A DNA stretch of 64,000 nt from Chitinophaga pinensis. GTDB taxonomy: Bacteria; Bacteroidota; Bacteroidia; NS11-12g; UBA9320. Positions 10,047-19,266 of this stretch are shown piece by piece. The DNA is taken from positions 18,307 to 82,306 of the forward strand of contig CAMDGU010000002.1 in NCBI GenBank assembly GCA_945897885.1, read 5' to 3'. The position numbers and the translations under genes were made by a program. Numbering within the stretch: position 1 is the stretch's first letter; each line of letters begins with the position of its first letter. The notes below the pieces were generated by a model. The model searched no databases. It was not told the DNA's origin and saw nothing but the letters and a program-made list of their open reading frames with translations.

Positions 10047-11753
10047 CTACGATTTACGAATAAACATTTTTTGAAAAATAAGCGCCACCCCCATCACCAA
10101 CAAACACCCGATAACATTTAACCACAAAAAAGAAATGATATCCGCCACATAAATAGCGATTACACATATTTCAGTAAAAACCGCGGCCCAAAAAGTAGCA
10201 TTGGCACGAATGGATTTCATATAAAAAGCTAACATAAATATACCAAGGATGGTGCCATAAAATAATGAACCAAGAATATTTACAGCCTCAATAAGGCTAC
10301 CCAATTTGCTGGCAAACATGGCCACAGCGATGCTAAAAATCCCCCAGAATAGAGTTATCCATTGAGAGGCTTTGTAATAATGTAATTCTGTCTTTTCTTC
10401 CTTGCCCAAGCGTTTATAAATATCAATAACCGAAGTAGAAGCCAGTGAATTTAGAGCAGCCGCAATACTTCCCCAAGCCGAAAGAAATATCATGGCAATT
10501 AAAAGTCCAATTAAACCAATTGGGAGATGATGAACCACGAAATATAAAAAGATGTAATTGGTGTCATTGGTATCGGCTAGTATATCAGCTTTTTTAATAG
10601 TTTCTTTTGCTTTGGTTCTTAATAGATGAGCTTCCTGTTCGGTAGCTTGCAGTTGCAATTCTGTTTTCTCGATACGGCTTTTATCATTTGATTTTATGGC
10701 TGCTGATAGTTCTAAAACTTGAACTTGCTTCTTTTGGTTTAAAATTTCATAAGCCTTTTGATTTTCTTTAAACGATTCACCGTATTGCGAAGCCAAGGTT
10801 TTATCAATTTGCTTTTGATTAAAAACTATAGGCGAACTGTAATTTAAATAAAACACAAAAACCAAAGCTCCAATAAGCAATATGCCAAATTGCATGGGCA
10901 CTTTTACCAGCCCATTCATTAACAATCCCATTCGGCTTTCTTTCATACTTTTGGCGGTTAAGTACCTTCCTACCTGGCTTTGGTCGGTTCCAAAATAGGA
11001 AAGAGCTAAGAAAAAGCCACCAATGACCCCACTCCAAATATTGTATTTATCTTTCCACCAAACGGGGTCGGTCACAGCTATTTTGGTTTCAATTACATTC
11101 ATTTTACCCATTTTAGCGGCTACTTTTATGGCATCTGTAAAGCCCATTCCTTCGGGTAATAAATTCACAACCATATACCCCGCCAAAAACATCCCGATAA
11201 ATACAATGAATAATTGCTGCATTTGGGTATAGGCCACAGCTTTGGCACCGCCACTCACTGTGTAAATTATGAGTAATCCCCCCATAAAAATATTGGTATA
11301 ATAAATATTCCAGCCCAATAAGGACGAAAGAATAATGGATGGAGCATAAATACTTATTCCGGTTGATAGTCCTCTTGAAATTAAAAAAAGTACCGAAGCA
11401 AGTGTCCGTGTTTTCAAATCAAAACGTTGCTCCAAAAATTCATATGCTGTAAAGACTTTTAATTTATGATAGATGGGAACAAACGTGATGCACAGCACAA
11501 TCATGGCCAAAGGCAAACCAAAGTAATATTGCACAAACCGCATCCCATCTGTATAGGCCTGACCTGGTGCCGAAAGAAAAGTAATGGCACTGGCCTGAGT
11601 TCCCATGATACTCAGCAAAATAATGAACCATGTCATTGAATTACTGCTCTTAAAGTAGGAATGCAGGTTTCTTTCGCCTTTGCTTTTATAAACACCTAAA
11701 AGCAACACTCCAAGAAGCGTGAGGCAAAGAACTATCCAGTCGGTTAGGCTCAT
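10047..11753 (-). CDS. Sodium:solute symporter (SSS family) with an unusual cytoplasmic coiled-coil insertion of about 90 aa
   Basis: SSS signatures (FLSAPGQAYTDGMRF, GGAKAVAYTQMQQ) and 13-14 predicted TM helices. Hydrophilic insert QKQIDKTLASQYGESFKENQKAYEILNQKKQVQVLELSAAIKSNDKSRIEKTELQLQATEQEAHLL between TM blocks. Confidence 0.85.
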   Translation of the reverse strand: MSLTDWIVLCLTLLGVLLLGVYKSKGERNLHSYFKSSNSMTWFIILLSIMGTQASAITFLSAPGQAYTDGMRFVQYYFGLPLAMIVLCITFVPIYHKLKVFTAYEFLEQRFDLKTRTLASVLFLISRGLSTGISIYAPSIILSSLLGWNIYYTNIFMGGLLIIYTVSGGAKAVAYTQMQQLFIVFIGMFLAGYMVVNLLPEGMGFTDAIKVAAKMGKMNVIETKIAVTDPVWWKDKYNIWSGVIGGFFLALSYFGTDQSQVGRYLTAKSMKESRMGLLMNGLVKVPMQFGILLIGALVFVFYLNYSSPIVFNQKQIDKTLASQYGESFKENQKAYEILNQKKQVQVLELSAAIKSNDKSRIEKTELQLQATEQEAHLLRTKAKETIKKADILADTNDTNYIFLYFVVHHLPIGLIGLLIAMIFLSAWGSIAAALNSLASTSVIDIYKRLGKEEKTELHYYKASQWITLFWGIFSIAVAMFASKLGSLIEAVNILGSLFYGTILGIFMLAFYMKSIRANATFWAAVFTEICVIAIYVADIISFLWLNVIGCLLVMGVALIFQKMFIRKS

Positions 11754-11801
11754 TTTTGATTAATTGTTATTTATTATCAGGTTATTGGTTAAAACATAAA
11801 T

Positions 11802-11902
11802 GAGATTCCTCCTTCGTCGGAATGACACTCTTCGATGGCTGTCATGCCGAGGTACGAGGCATCTTGTTTATGTAAAAGATTCCTCCTTCGTCGGAATGAC
11901 AG
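11802..11902. repeat. Two copies of a 26-bp direct repeat (a/gAGATTCCTCCTTCGTCGGAATGACA) 74 bp apart, first copy forming an 11-bp imperfect hairpin with a downstream TGTCATGCCGA
   Basis: Copy 1 is 11802-11827, copy 2 is 11876-11902, identical over 25 nt. Inverted partner (1 mismatch) at 11842-11852. Located in the 192-bp spacer between the PIG-L and symporter genes. Confidence 0.7.
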
Positions 11903-11945
11903 ATCCACAGGCATTTCCAAACCTCCAAATTTTCAAATTTCAAAA

Positions 11946-14450
11946 TCACTCCATCTCCACCAAATTCACCATCAACCGATAAGCTCCGGGCACACCGGCA
12001 GGTAATTCCCTAAAGAAAACCAACCCTGTGTAAATAAAATTCCCTTTGCCATGTTTGGCTATTATCAAACTGCCTTTGTTTGGTTTTTCGCCTTTGTCGT
12101 TCATACTCAAAGGACATTCGTAAGTGGAGTCAATATCACCTGCAAAGTAAATTCCCCGTTCTTGTATCCAGCCTTCAAAATCCTTTGCGGTTATTTTATT
12201 GGGGGTGTTTAAAACCGGATGATTAGGAAATTCAAAATTCACTTTTGCATTTTCATCTGTTACCCGTTCGCGGGTTAGTTTAAAAGGTTTAGGACCCATA
12301 TCGCCTTTAAACGGTCCTGCAAAACTATTGGTATTGTATTGCACAATCAGGTTTCCGCCATTGCTCACATAATCCATCAGCTTTTGTTTATAGGTGGTTA
12401 AAAGTGGATTGGTATTGTAAGCCCTTACCCCTGTAATGATGGTATTTAAATTTTTTAAGTCTTCATTAGCCAGCATGGCATCTGTAATGGTAATTACTTC
12501 ATAACCCAACTGCGCCAAACAGCTTTGCACTTCGTCTCCTGCCCCAGGAATATAACCAATCCGTTTGGCCGTTTTCTTAATATCCAGTTTCAACAATTTG
12601 GCTTCGGCTTCCGGAAACCAGGTTTGAATGGGAATATGGTCGTATTTTATTTCACGGATGCTTTTGGTATAGGTTTCGCCATCAACTAAAGCCATTGCTT
12701 TAGCGATGCCTTGACTTTTATTTGAAGGTGGAGTTACTTTAAAAACTGCAGTTTGCTCCTCGTTCTTTTTTAATAAATTGACAATTATTTCGGACGGTTC
12801 CAGTTTCCAACCTTCTGGAATTTGAAGCTTCACTTTAGCATTCAGACTGTCTTTACCCGCTTTTAATTTCACCTTTACTTCTTTGGATTTATCTTCCGAA
12901 AAAGCAATGACTTCATTTTCCATGGTTAATAAAACCGGGGGAATTATAACCAAAGGACGGTAGAGTTCACCTTTTTCGGGATCTACCCAGCGGTATTGGA
13001 TAGGGAAAGAATTGACATAAATTTTATCTTTATCAAAGAACCAATAAATTGTTGACAATGAATTAAAATCTATTTCGGGACGACCAATCAATAATTCATT
13101 ATTAATTGGAAAAATTCCGTTGGGCATGCTGTTTAACCAATATGGTTGTGAAATTTTATCATCTGCGGCAAAAAAATCCGGTTGAATATTCGTGTTAAAC
13201 GTTACTTTTTGATTTGGTTTTATACCATAATTAGGTAATGTATCAAATTGAAAGAGCAAGTTTTTTTCTTTTAATTTTGCTGAAATGCTCATCTTACCAA
13301 GATAAACAACTGTATTCGAACGATTATAAGCTGTAAACGTTAATTTATTCAATTTTCCTGGGCATATAAAGTAATCATCACATGTTACATCCGTAATGAA
13401 ACCACTTGCTAATAGAGCCATTTTATAACAATCTGCAATCTTATTCGGGTAAATTGCCTTTATTTCTGGAATGAAAATTTCTCTAATTAATTTAGAAATA
13501 TAGGTATCCAAGGTACTTGGATTTTGAAAATCATAATTTTTTAACGCATCTTCACACAATTTTGCAATCTTTTCAGCCCCCTTCACCCTCTTCCAGCTAA
13601 AATCCATCCCTTGAAAAATATCTCTCAAATTAGCCGTATCGCCTTTTATGGGCTTAAAATATTCAAAATATTCGCCCCGTTGTGAAGCACTGCCAAAGCC
13701 TTGGCTTTTGTGCATGCTTCGGCTTTCAGCGGCTATTTCGCCATAGCTTTTACCTAACAAAGCATTATATCCACCAACATCCAGCTTTATAAATTTGCTC
13801 ATATCCGCCTTTGGGTCGCGGAAACGGGCAGTGGAATTATGCAACAACCTCCTTGCTTGCCAAACTTTCACATATTTTAATTGTTCGGGAAACCTTGTGG
13901 AATCTGCCGCCGCATCAAAAGCTTCCTCAGCCAATATACCCGAGGCCGTGTGATGGCCGTGACCCCCACTGCCATCGGTGGCAAAACGGGTAATAATAAT
14001 ATCCGGCCTAAAATTTCGTATGACCCAAACTACATCAGATAGAATGGAATCATGGTTCCATTTATCAAACGTTTCTTCAGGCGTTTTGCTAAACCCAAAA
14101 TCATAAGCCCGGGTAAAAAACTGCTCTCCCCCATCTATTCTACGTGCTGCCAGTAATTCCTGAGTTCGTATCAATCCTAATTCCACGCCTTGTTCAGGGC
14201 CAATCAGGTTTTGTCCGCCATCGCCTCTTGTTAGTGAAAGATAGCCTGTTCTCAAACATTTTTCATTGGCTAGGTAAGCAATCAGTCGCGTGTTTTCATC
14301 ATCGGGATGGGCTGCAATGTAAAGCACCGAACCTACGGTATTCAACTTTTTTAGTTGTAAGAGTATTTCGGAGGATGAATAGGATTTAGGTGGTTGAGCG
14401 TTTAGAAATCCAAAGGGAAGTATAAAGAGAAGTATTATTTTTTTAAGCAT
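11946..14450 (-). CDS. PIG-L/LmbE-family N-acetylglucosaminyl deacetylase fused to a C-terminal ThuA-like (class I glutamine amidotransferase-like) domain; secreted
   Basis: HPDDEN...RGDGGQN and HxxH motifs of LmbE/PIG-L. C-terminus GGNLIV...KHGKGNFIYTGL is ThuA-like. ATG at 14450 gives signal peptide MLKKIILLFILPFGFLNAQ; the ORF-track start at 14516 is an alternative codon. Confidence 0.75.
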   Translation of the reverse strand: MLKKIILLFILPFGFLNAQPPKSYSSSEILLQLKKLNTVGSVLYIAAHPDDENTRLIAYLANEKCLRTGYLSLTRGDGGQNLIGPEQGVELGLIRTQELLAARRIDGGEQFFTRAYDFGFSKTPEETFDKWNHDSILSDVVWVIRNFRPDIIITRFATDGSGGHGHHTASGILAEEAFDAAADSTRFPEQLKYVKVWQARRLLHNSTARFRDPKADMSKFIKLDVGGYNALLGKSYGEIAAESRSMHKSQGFGSASQRGEYFEYFKPIKGDTANLRDIFQGMDFSWKRVKGAEKIAKLCEDALKNYDFQNPSTLDTYISKLIREIFIPEIKAIYPNKIADCYKMALLASGFITDVTCDDYFICPGKLNKLTFTAYNRSNTVVYLGKMSISAKLKEKNLLFQFDTLPNYGIKPNQKVTFNTNIQPDFFAADDKISQPYWLNSMPNGIFPINNELLIGRPEIDFNSLSTIYWFFDKDKIYVNSFPIQYRWVDPEKGELYRPLVIIPPVLLTMENEVIAFSEDKSKEVKVKLKAGKDSLNAKVKLQIPEGWKLEPSEIIVNLLKKNEEQTAVFKVTPPSNKSQGIAKAMALVDGETYTKSIREIKYDHIPIQTWFPEAEAKLLKLDIKKTAKRIGYIPGAGDEVQSCLAQLGYEVITITDAMLANEDLKNLNTIITGVRAYNTNPLLTTYKQKLMDYVSNGGNLIVQYNTNSFAGPFKGDMGPKPFKLTRERVTDENAKVNFEFPNHPVLNTPNKITAKDFEGWIQERGIYFAGDIDSTYECPLSMNDKGEKPNKGSLIIAKHGKGNFIYTGLVFFRELPAGVPGAYRLMVNLVEME

Positions 14451-14631
14451 TCTGTTGTTTAGGAGCGAATGGCGAAATTCGGATATTTTGAGGTAATAAT
14501 TATGCCACAGATTCACTGAATTTTGAGTACAACCTGATTTTATTAATAGAACCCTTTGAATATTTTATTTAAAATTTCTTTTAATACTGAAACAAGTCGA
14601 TCAATAAAACACTTATCTCCTATTCTTGTTT

Positions 14632-14639
14632 TACTTTTG
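14632..14639 (+). promoter_or_regulatory. Candidate -7 element TActTTTG upstream of the cytochrome c / DsbA gene pair
   Basis: TACTTTTG sits 19 nt upstream of the ATG at 14658. Confidence 0.35.
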
Positions 14640-14657
14640 AAACTTAAAAATTTTTAA

Positions 14658-14996
14658 ATGAACAAATTACTTATCCTTGTTATTTTAGCTCTAGCTGCTT
14701 GCAGTCCCAAAATTGTTTCTTTTGCCAAATCGGATGTGCAACGTGCCTCCGAAAAATTTCCCGGTGCCACCATGGCCACTTTAACCGAAGGGCAAAACCA
14801 CTACAAACAGTATTGCGGGAGCTGTCATCCTTATAAATCTCCTGATGCCCGAAATGAAGAACAATGGAAAAAAATTGTCCCTAAAATGGTAATAAAGGTT
14901 AATAAAAAAGCTGGCAATGTAGCTATTGATTCACTAATGGAACAATCCGTTTTAACCTATTTAGTTACCATGAGCACAACTTCAAAAAGCAAATAA
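14658..14996 (+). CDS. Small mono-haem c-type cytochrome lipoprotein (CxxCH)
   Basis: Lipoprotein signal MNKLLILVILALAAC. Single haem-binding motif YCGSCH followed by a class-I cytochrome c-like segment. Confidence 0.6.
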   Translation: MNKLLILVILALAACSPKIVSFAKSDVQRASEKFPGATMATLTEGQNHYKQYCGSCHPYKSPDARNEEQWKKIVPKMVIKVNKKAGNVAIDSLMEQSVLTYLVTMSTTSKSK

Positions 14997-15000
14997 AAGA

Positions 15001-15648
15001 ATGAAAGTAGAAATATGGAGTGACGTAATGTGCCCGTTTTGCTATATAGGCAAACGAAAATTTGAATTGGCATTAAACCAGTTTGAAGGCAAAGAGAATG
15101 TACATGTTGTTTGGAAGAGTTTTCAGTTAAACCCAGATTTGAAAACAAATCCTGATAAAAACATCAATCAATATTTGGCAGAAATAAAGGGCTGGACGGT
15201 GGAACATGCCATACAAATGAATGACCATGTGACCCAAATAGCCAATGAAGTAGGATTAAAATATAATATAGACAAAGCTTTAGTTGCCAATTCATTTGAT
15301 GCTCATAGGTTTTCGCATTTGGCAAAAAAATACAACCTTCAAAATGAGGCTGAAGAACAACTTTTTAAAGCCTATTTTACAGATGGTAAGAATACAGCTG
15401 ATTTCGAAACATTGATTCAATTGGGTGCAGAAATTGGTTTGGATGCCGGCGAAATAAAGCAAATGCTGGAAAGCGATGATTACTCCGAAGCTGTAAGAAT
15501 GGATATTTATGAAGCTCAGCAAATTGGTGTTAGTGGCGTTCCTTTCTTTTTATTTATTGATAAATATACCATTACCGGGGCTCAGGATAGTTCTGTATTT
15601 TTACAGGCTATGGAAACAGTGAGTAAGGAGTTGGTGAATTTGGCTTAA
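15001..15648 (+). CDS. DsbA-family thiol:disulfide oxidoreductase (FrnE-like, CPFC active site)
   Basis: N-terminal VMCPFCYIGKRKFE thioredoxin-fold active site. C-terminal GVSGVPFFLF. Sits 5 nt after the cytochrome c gene. Confidence 0.8.
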   Translation: MKVEIWSDVMCPFCYIGKRKFELALNQFEGKENVHVVWKSFQLNPDLKTNPDKNINQYLAEIKGWTVEHAIQMNDHVTQIANEVGLKYNIDKALVANSFDAHRFSHLAKKYNLQNEAEEQLFKAYFTDGKNTADFETLIQLGAEIGLDAGEIKQMLESDDYSEAVRMDIYEAQQIGVSGVPFFLFIDKYTITGAQDSSVFLQAMETVSKELVNLA

Positions 15649-15768
15649 AATCAAACGCATCCCCCTACCCCCTTCAAAGGGGGACGGCTTACGCAAGAAA
15701 ACTTAATAGATAAAATAATCACAACTTCAACTATTCACTAGTTTAACTATTTCAAACCAATCACCAAT

Positions 15769-16245
15769 TTGCACCCAAACGAACACCTCATTCACTCATT
15801 TTATAGAGCCTTTCAAAACAAGGATTATAAAACCATGCAACAGAGTTATGCCGACAATGCCACTTTTACCGACCCTGTTTTTATATATTTGGATGCCGAA
15901 AAAACGAGAACTATGTGGGAGATGTTTTGTGTAAATGGTAAAAATTTATCCATCGAATTTCAGAATATAAAAGCGGATGAAACCCGAGGCAGTGGCGAAT
16001 GGATTGCCACCTATACCTTTTCAAAATCAGGTAAAAGAGTAATCAATCACATCTATTCCAACTTCTCATTTGAAAACGGTAAAATAAGTGAGTATGTTGA
16101 TACTTTTAATTTTTATAAATGGGTAAAACAGGCTTTGGGATTAGCAGGTCTGCTGCTGGGCTGGACACCTTTTATTAAACAAAAGGTGCAACAAGGAGCC
16201 ATGAAAAATTTGAACGATTATCAATCCCGAAAACAAGCCTCCTAA
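15769..16245 (+). CDS. SnoaL/NTF2-like (ketosteroid isomerase-like) small protein
   Basis: HSFYRAFQNKDYKTMQQSYADNATFTDPVF is typical of the SnoaL_2/NTF2-like fold. Start codon is TTG at 15769; there is no in-frame ATG before the conserved block. Confidence 0.6.
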   Translation: MHPNEHLIHSFYRAFQNKDYKTMQQSYADNATFTDPVFIYLDAEKTRTMWEMFCVNGKNLSIEFQNIKADETRGSGEWIATYTFSKSGKRVINHIYSNFSFENGKISEYVDTFNFYKWVKQALGLAGLLLGWTPFIKQKVQQGAMKNLNDYQSRKQAS

Positions 16246-16288
16246 TATTTTTTTAATTTACTCTCAATTATCATAGATTTGGATTCTT

Positions 16289-17035
16289 ATGATAAACAGT
16301 ATTGACGATGTTATAAAACGGCAAACTCAAATTGCAGAATTTGCCCAAAAGCATAAAGCAAGGTTTGGATATTTTTGTTCCTTGTATTTGGAAATGACCA
16401 AAACCGTGAAGCGATATATAGCCGAGGGTAAATTTGATGATGGCGCCAGAATGGAAAAACTAGTTATTGTATTTGCCAAAAGGTATTTGGATGCCTTTGA
16501 TAATTGGCAAGCCCACAAACCAACAATGCAATCATGGCAAAAAGCATTGGATGAAACTAAACGAAATAATATAACGGTAATGCAGCATTTACTTTGCGGA
16601 ATAAATGCTCATATTAATCTTGACCTAGGAATAGCAGCGGCGCAAACTTGTCCCGGAGCAAACATAAATGCTTTAAAGAATGACTTTGCTAAAATAAATG
16701 ATGTTATAACTTCACTTGTAAATAAGGTTCAGGATAAACTATCAAAAATTTGCTGGCCCATGAAGCTAATTGACAAAATAGGAAAAAACAAAGATGAACA
16801 ATTAGCAAATTTCAGTATCTTTTTTGCCCGTGAAGCAGCTTGGAAAGTGGCAACGGATCTTGCCCAACTTAAACCCGAAGAACATCCTAAGTATATAGCC
16901 AATCTTGATAATAAAACAGCTTTCTTAGCCAAAAAAATTATTAATCCCGGTGTTATATCAAATGCTGTGCTCAAACCCGTTAAATGGTTTGAACCTTCAG
17001 ATGCAGGAAAAATTATTCAAATTTTGAAGTCTTAA
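16289..17035 (+). CDS. Conserved hypothetical protein (DUF5995-like; conserved CGINAHINLDL motif)
   Basis: 248-aa ORF with no signal peptide. Central motif LLCGINAHINLDLGIAAAQTCPG. Family assignment is from memory only. Confidence 0.45.
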   Translation: MINSIDDVIKRQTQIAEFAQKHKARFGYFCSLYLEMTKTVKRYIAEGKFDDGARMEKLVIVFAKRYLDAFDNWQAHKPTMQSWQKALDETKRNNITVMQHLLCGINAHINLDLGIAAAQTCPGANINALKNDFAKINDVITSLVNKVQDKLSKICWPMKLIDKIGKNKDEQLANFSIFFAREAAWKVATDLAQLKPEEHPKYIANLDNKTAFLAKKIINPGVISNAVLKPVKWFEPSDAGKIIQILKS

Positions 17036-17049
17036 AATTATCTAATTAT

Positions 17050-17889
17050 TTGAACACAGCCAATTTATATCAACTCCTCAGTATACCCGACTATTCGGAT
17101 ATTGCAGTTGTAAAAAAGGCGTTCAGACAATTGGCTTTAAAATTTCATCCTGACAGAAATCTAGACCCATCGGCTGCCGAAATTTTCAAAACTTTAGTAA
17201 AAGCTTATGAAATATTGAGCAATTCAGAATTGAAATACCAATACGACATACGTTTAAAAAACGGTTTCAGCGCAGAACATGGTCAAACAGCATCCAAAGC
17301 TCCTTCCGAAAAAGAAATGCAAAGGCGGCGGTATGCTAAAATGCGAAGGGATCAAGATGCCTTAAGAGAAGTTGAAAATATTACTTCTTACGAAAATTCA
17401 TTAAAAATTCTCCCTTTTAGATGGCGGGTAGTTTTTATCGGATTACTGCAAATAACAGGAATTTTAAATATCTTGAACGATTGGTATAAAGAAGGAAATA
17501 GGATTGCGCTTGGCTTTTTACTATTTTCACTTTCCTCACTTTTTTTATGGAATGAACTTTATAAATATTTTTGGCATAAGTCACTTACCAAAGATGAAAA
17601 AAAATATGACCGACAAGCCTATTCTTGGTTTATTTCGCTGTTTTTGATTGGTATTTTTTCTGCTTACAGCCTTATTAAAATCAAAAAAATATGGCATTTG
17701 AATACTTTCGGTAAGGTAATTTATGCCGGAGTTAATCATCAAATGACAACACTTTCGTATACCTACAATGATTACTTGTATTCTATAGATATTTACTCCA
17801 TTCCACCTGAGTTGGAAGACAAAGAACAAGTCTTAATAAAAATAAGCACCAAGGAACCCGAAATTTGGGAGTACTTTAAAAAAGAGTAA
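17050..17889 (+). CDS. J-domain (DnaJ-like) polytopic membrane protein
   Basis: J-domain with HPD motif (YQLLSIPDYSDIAVVKKAFRQLALKFHPDRN). No Zn-finger or C-terminal DnaJ domains. 3-4 hydrophobic helices follow. TTG start at 17050. Confidence 0.7.
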   Translation: MNTANLYQLLSIPDYSDIAVVKKAFRQLALKFHPDRNLDPSAAEIFKTLVKAYEILSNSELKYQYDIRLKNGFSAEHGQTASKAPSEKEMQRRRYAKMRRDQDALREVENITSYENSLKILPFRWRVVFIGLLQITGILNILNDWYKEGNRIALGFLLFSLSSLFLWNELYKYFWHKSLTKDEKKYDRQAYSWFISLFLIGIFSAYSLIKIKKIWHLNTFGKVIYAGVNHQMTTLSYTYNDYLYSIDIYSIPPELEDKEQVLIKISTKEPEIWEYFKKE

Positions 17890-17896
17890 TTTTTCC

Positions 17897-18656
17897 CTAA
17901 TCAAACGTTTTACTTAAACCTATACCAAATGTAAAGGGCTGGGTAACTATGATTTCATCACCGGCTGTGGGTTTTGTTGAATTTAATATAAAGGAAAGGC
18001 CGCCATAAATATCAATATTTATAACATTTGTTTTTAGACGCCCCATAATGAAGGGATCTAAGAACAGATAGGTTTTTTTAACCATTGGCTGCGAAAAACC
18101 AACGGGTTTGGAAGGTTCTACTTTGAAAAAATTTTCGTAGGTTAATCGAGGAATAAAATAAAATCCTCCGTTTTTACCACCATACCCAACAGAAGGTTGC
18201 AAATAAAATCTTGCACTTTGTAAATCTATATCCAAAGCATCAAATACATTAATATCAGTGGGATTGAATAAAATTGTAAATAAATGTCCTTGCGAAAAAC
18301 CTCCGCCACCAAGTAATTGCATCTGTCCTTTTTCTCCAAATTTGGCATTATAGCCCATACCTGCACCCGCAAAAAAAGTTTTGTAGGGTCTGTTGTGATT
18401 ATTTGTGTCTAAACTATTTTCTTCTAGCCAACTTAATGCACCAGACACAGTTCCTGTAAAAAAAATATTGCTATCAATGGCATACCAACCTGAAATTTGA
18501 GCTTTTGAAAAACCCAAAGTAACCTGCCCTCCAAGGGAGCTCTCCTTTACTTCAGCTATTACCGGATAATTAGGGTAATACACATAAGTGCATGAATTAG
18601 CACCAATGAGCAAAAACAAAACAAACAGGGTATTTAGTATTTTTTTTATAACTCAT
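17897..18656 (-). pseudogene. Putative outer-membrane lipoprotein gene with a frameshift in an 8-nt poly-A tract inside the signal peptide
   Basis: ATG at 18656 reads MSYKK then shifts frame. Removing one A from the A8 run (plus-strand T8 at 18640-18647) gives MSYKKILNTLFVLFLLIGANSCTYVYYPNYP..., a classical lipoprotein signal continuous with the 240-aa ORF-track protein. The ORF-track start at 18619 is a TTG. Confidence 0.65.
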
Positions 18657-18694
18657 TTTTAAAAAAAACAACAACTAAAACTACAGACTAAAAC

Positions 18695-19231
18695 TTAATC
18701 CTTTCCGCCATCACCTTTAAAGTGGTCATCAGTATTTTTAAACAGCACGTTAAATGTAGTTAATGAACCATAAACACGAGTAATGTATTGTTGAAGATTC
18801 ACTTTATCTTCATCATTTAAAATTTTATGACTATTAATATTTTGCTCCAAAACCCTTAATCGGTCTCTCACCATTACTATTTTATGAAAAAATGTTTCGA
18901 TAGGAATTTCTTTAACACTTTGGTTCTTGTCTGCTGGTTCCAATACCATTAATCCGCCTTTCCATTTATTTCCAAGTTCTACTCGCTGTTCCGGTTCTAT
19001 ATAGCGCTTAAGAATTCGAATTAGGGCATCTTCTACTTCATCAAAGGTCACTTGATTGTTTTCTGGCTCAATAGCTTCTATCACCTCCAAATCTGTTGTG
19101 TCGTGGGGTATTTCTTTAAATCCTTGGACATGAAAGGCTATAGTATAATATTCAAGAGTGATGCGGGCCAAAATGCCTTCGCCATAATGCTTGTGTTTTA
19201 ATCGGCTACCTATGCCTAATGCTTTGTTCAT
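18695..19231 (-). CDS. Hypothetical cytoplasmic protein (178 aa)
   Basis: Intact ORF with ATG start and no recognisable motif. Confidence 0.5.
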   Translation of the reverse strand: MNKALGIGSRLKHKHYGEGILARITLEYYTIAFHVQGFKEIPHDTTDLEVIEAIEPENNQVTFDEVEDALIRILKRYIEPEQRVELGNKWKGGLMVLEPADKNQSVKEIPIETFFHKIVMVRDRLRVLEQNINSHKILNDEDKVNLQQYITRVYGSLTTFNVLFKNTDDHFKGDGGKD

Positions 19232-19266
19232 GGGGCAAATCTACAAATAATTTGAAATTATTATAG

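Noticed and set aside
11802-11902. Possibility that the 26-bp direct repeats are a CRISPR array
   Set aside because: There are only two copies, no regular repeat-spacer periodicity beyond that, no cas genes in the window, and the repeat partly self-pairs with adjacent sequence. This is more consistent with a REP/MITE-like or regulatory element.
15650-15700. G/C hairpin CCCCTT-caa-AAGGGG after the DsbA gene as a terminator
   Set aside because: The stem is short and there is no downstream T-run. It could be a minor structural element but is not supportable as a terminator.
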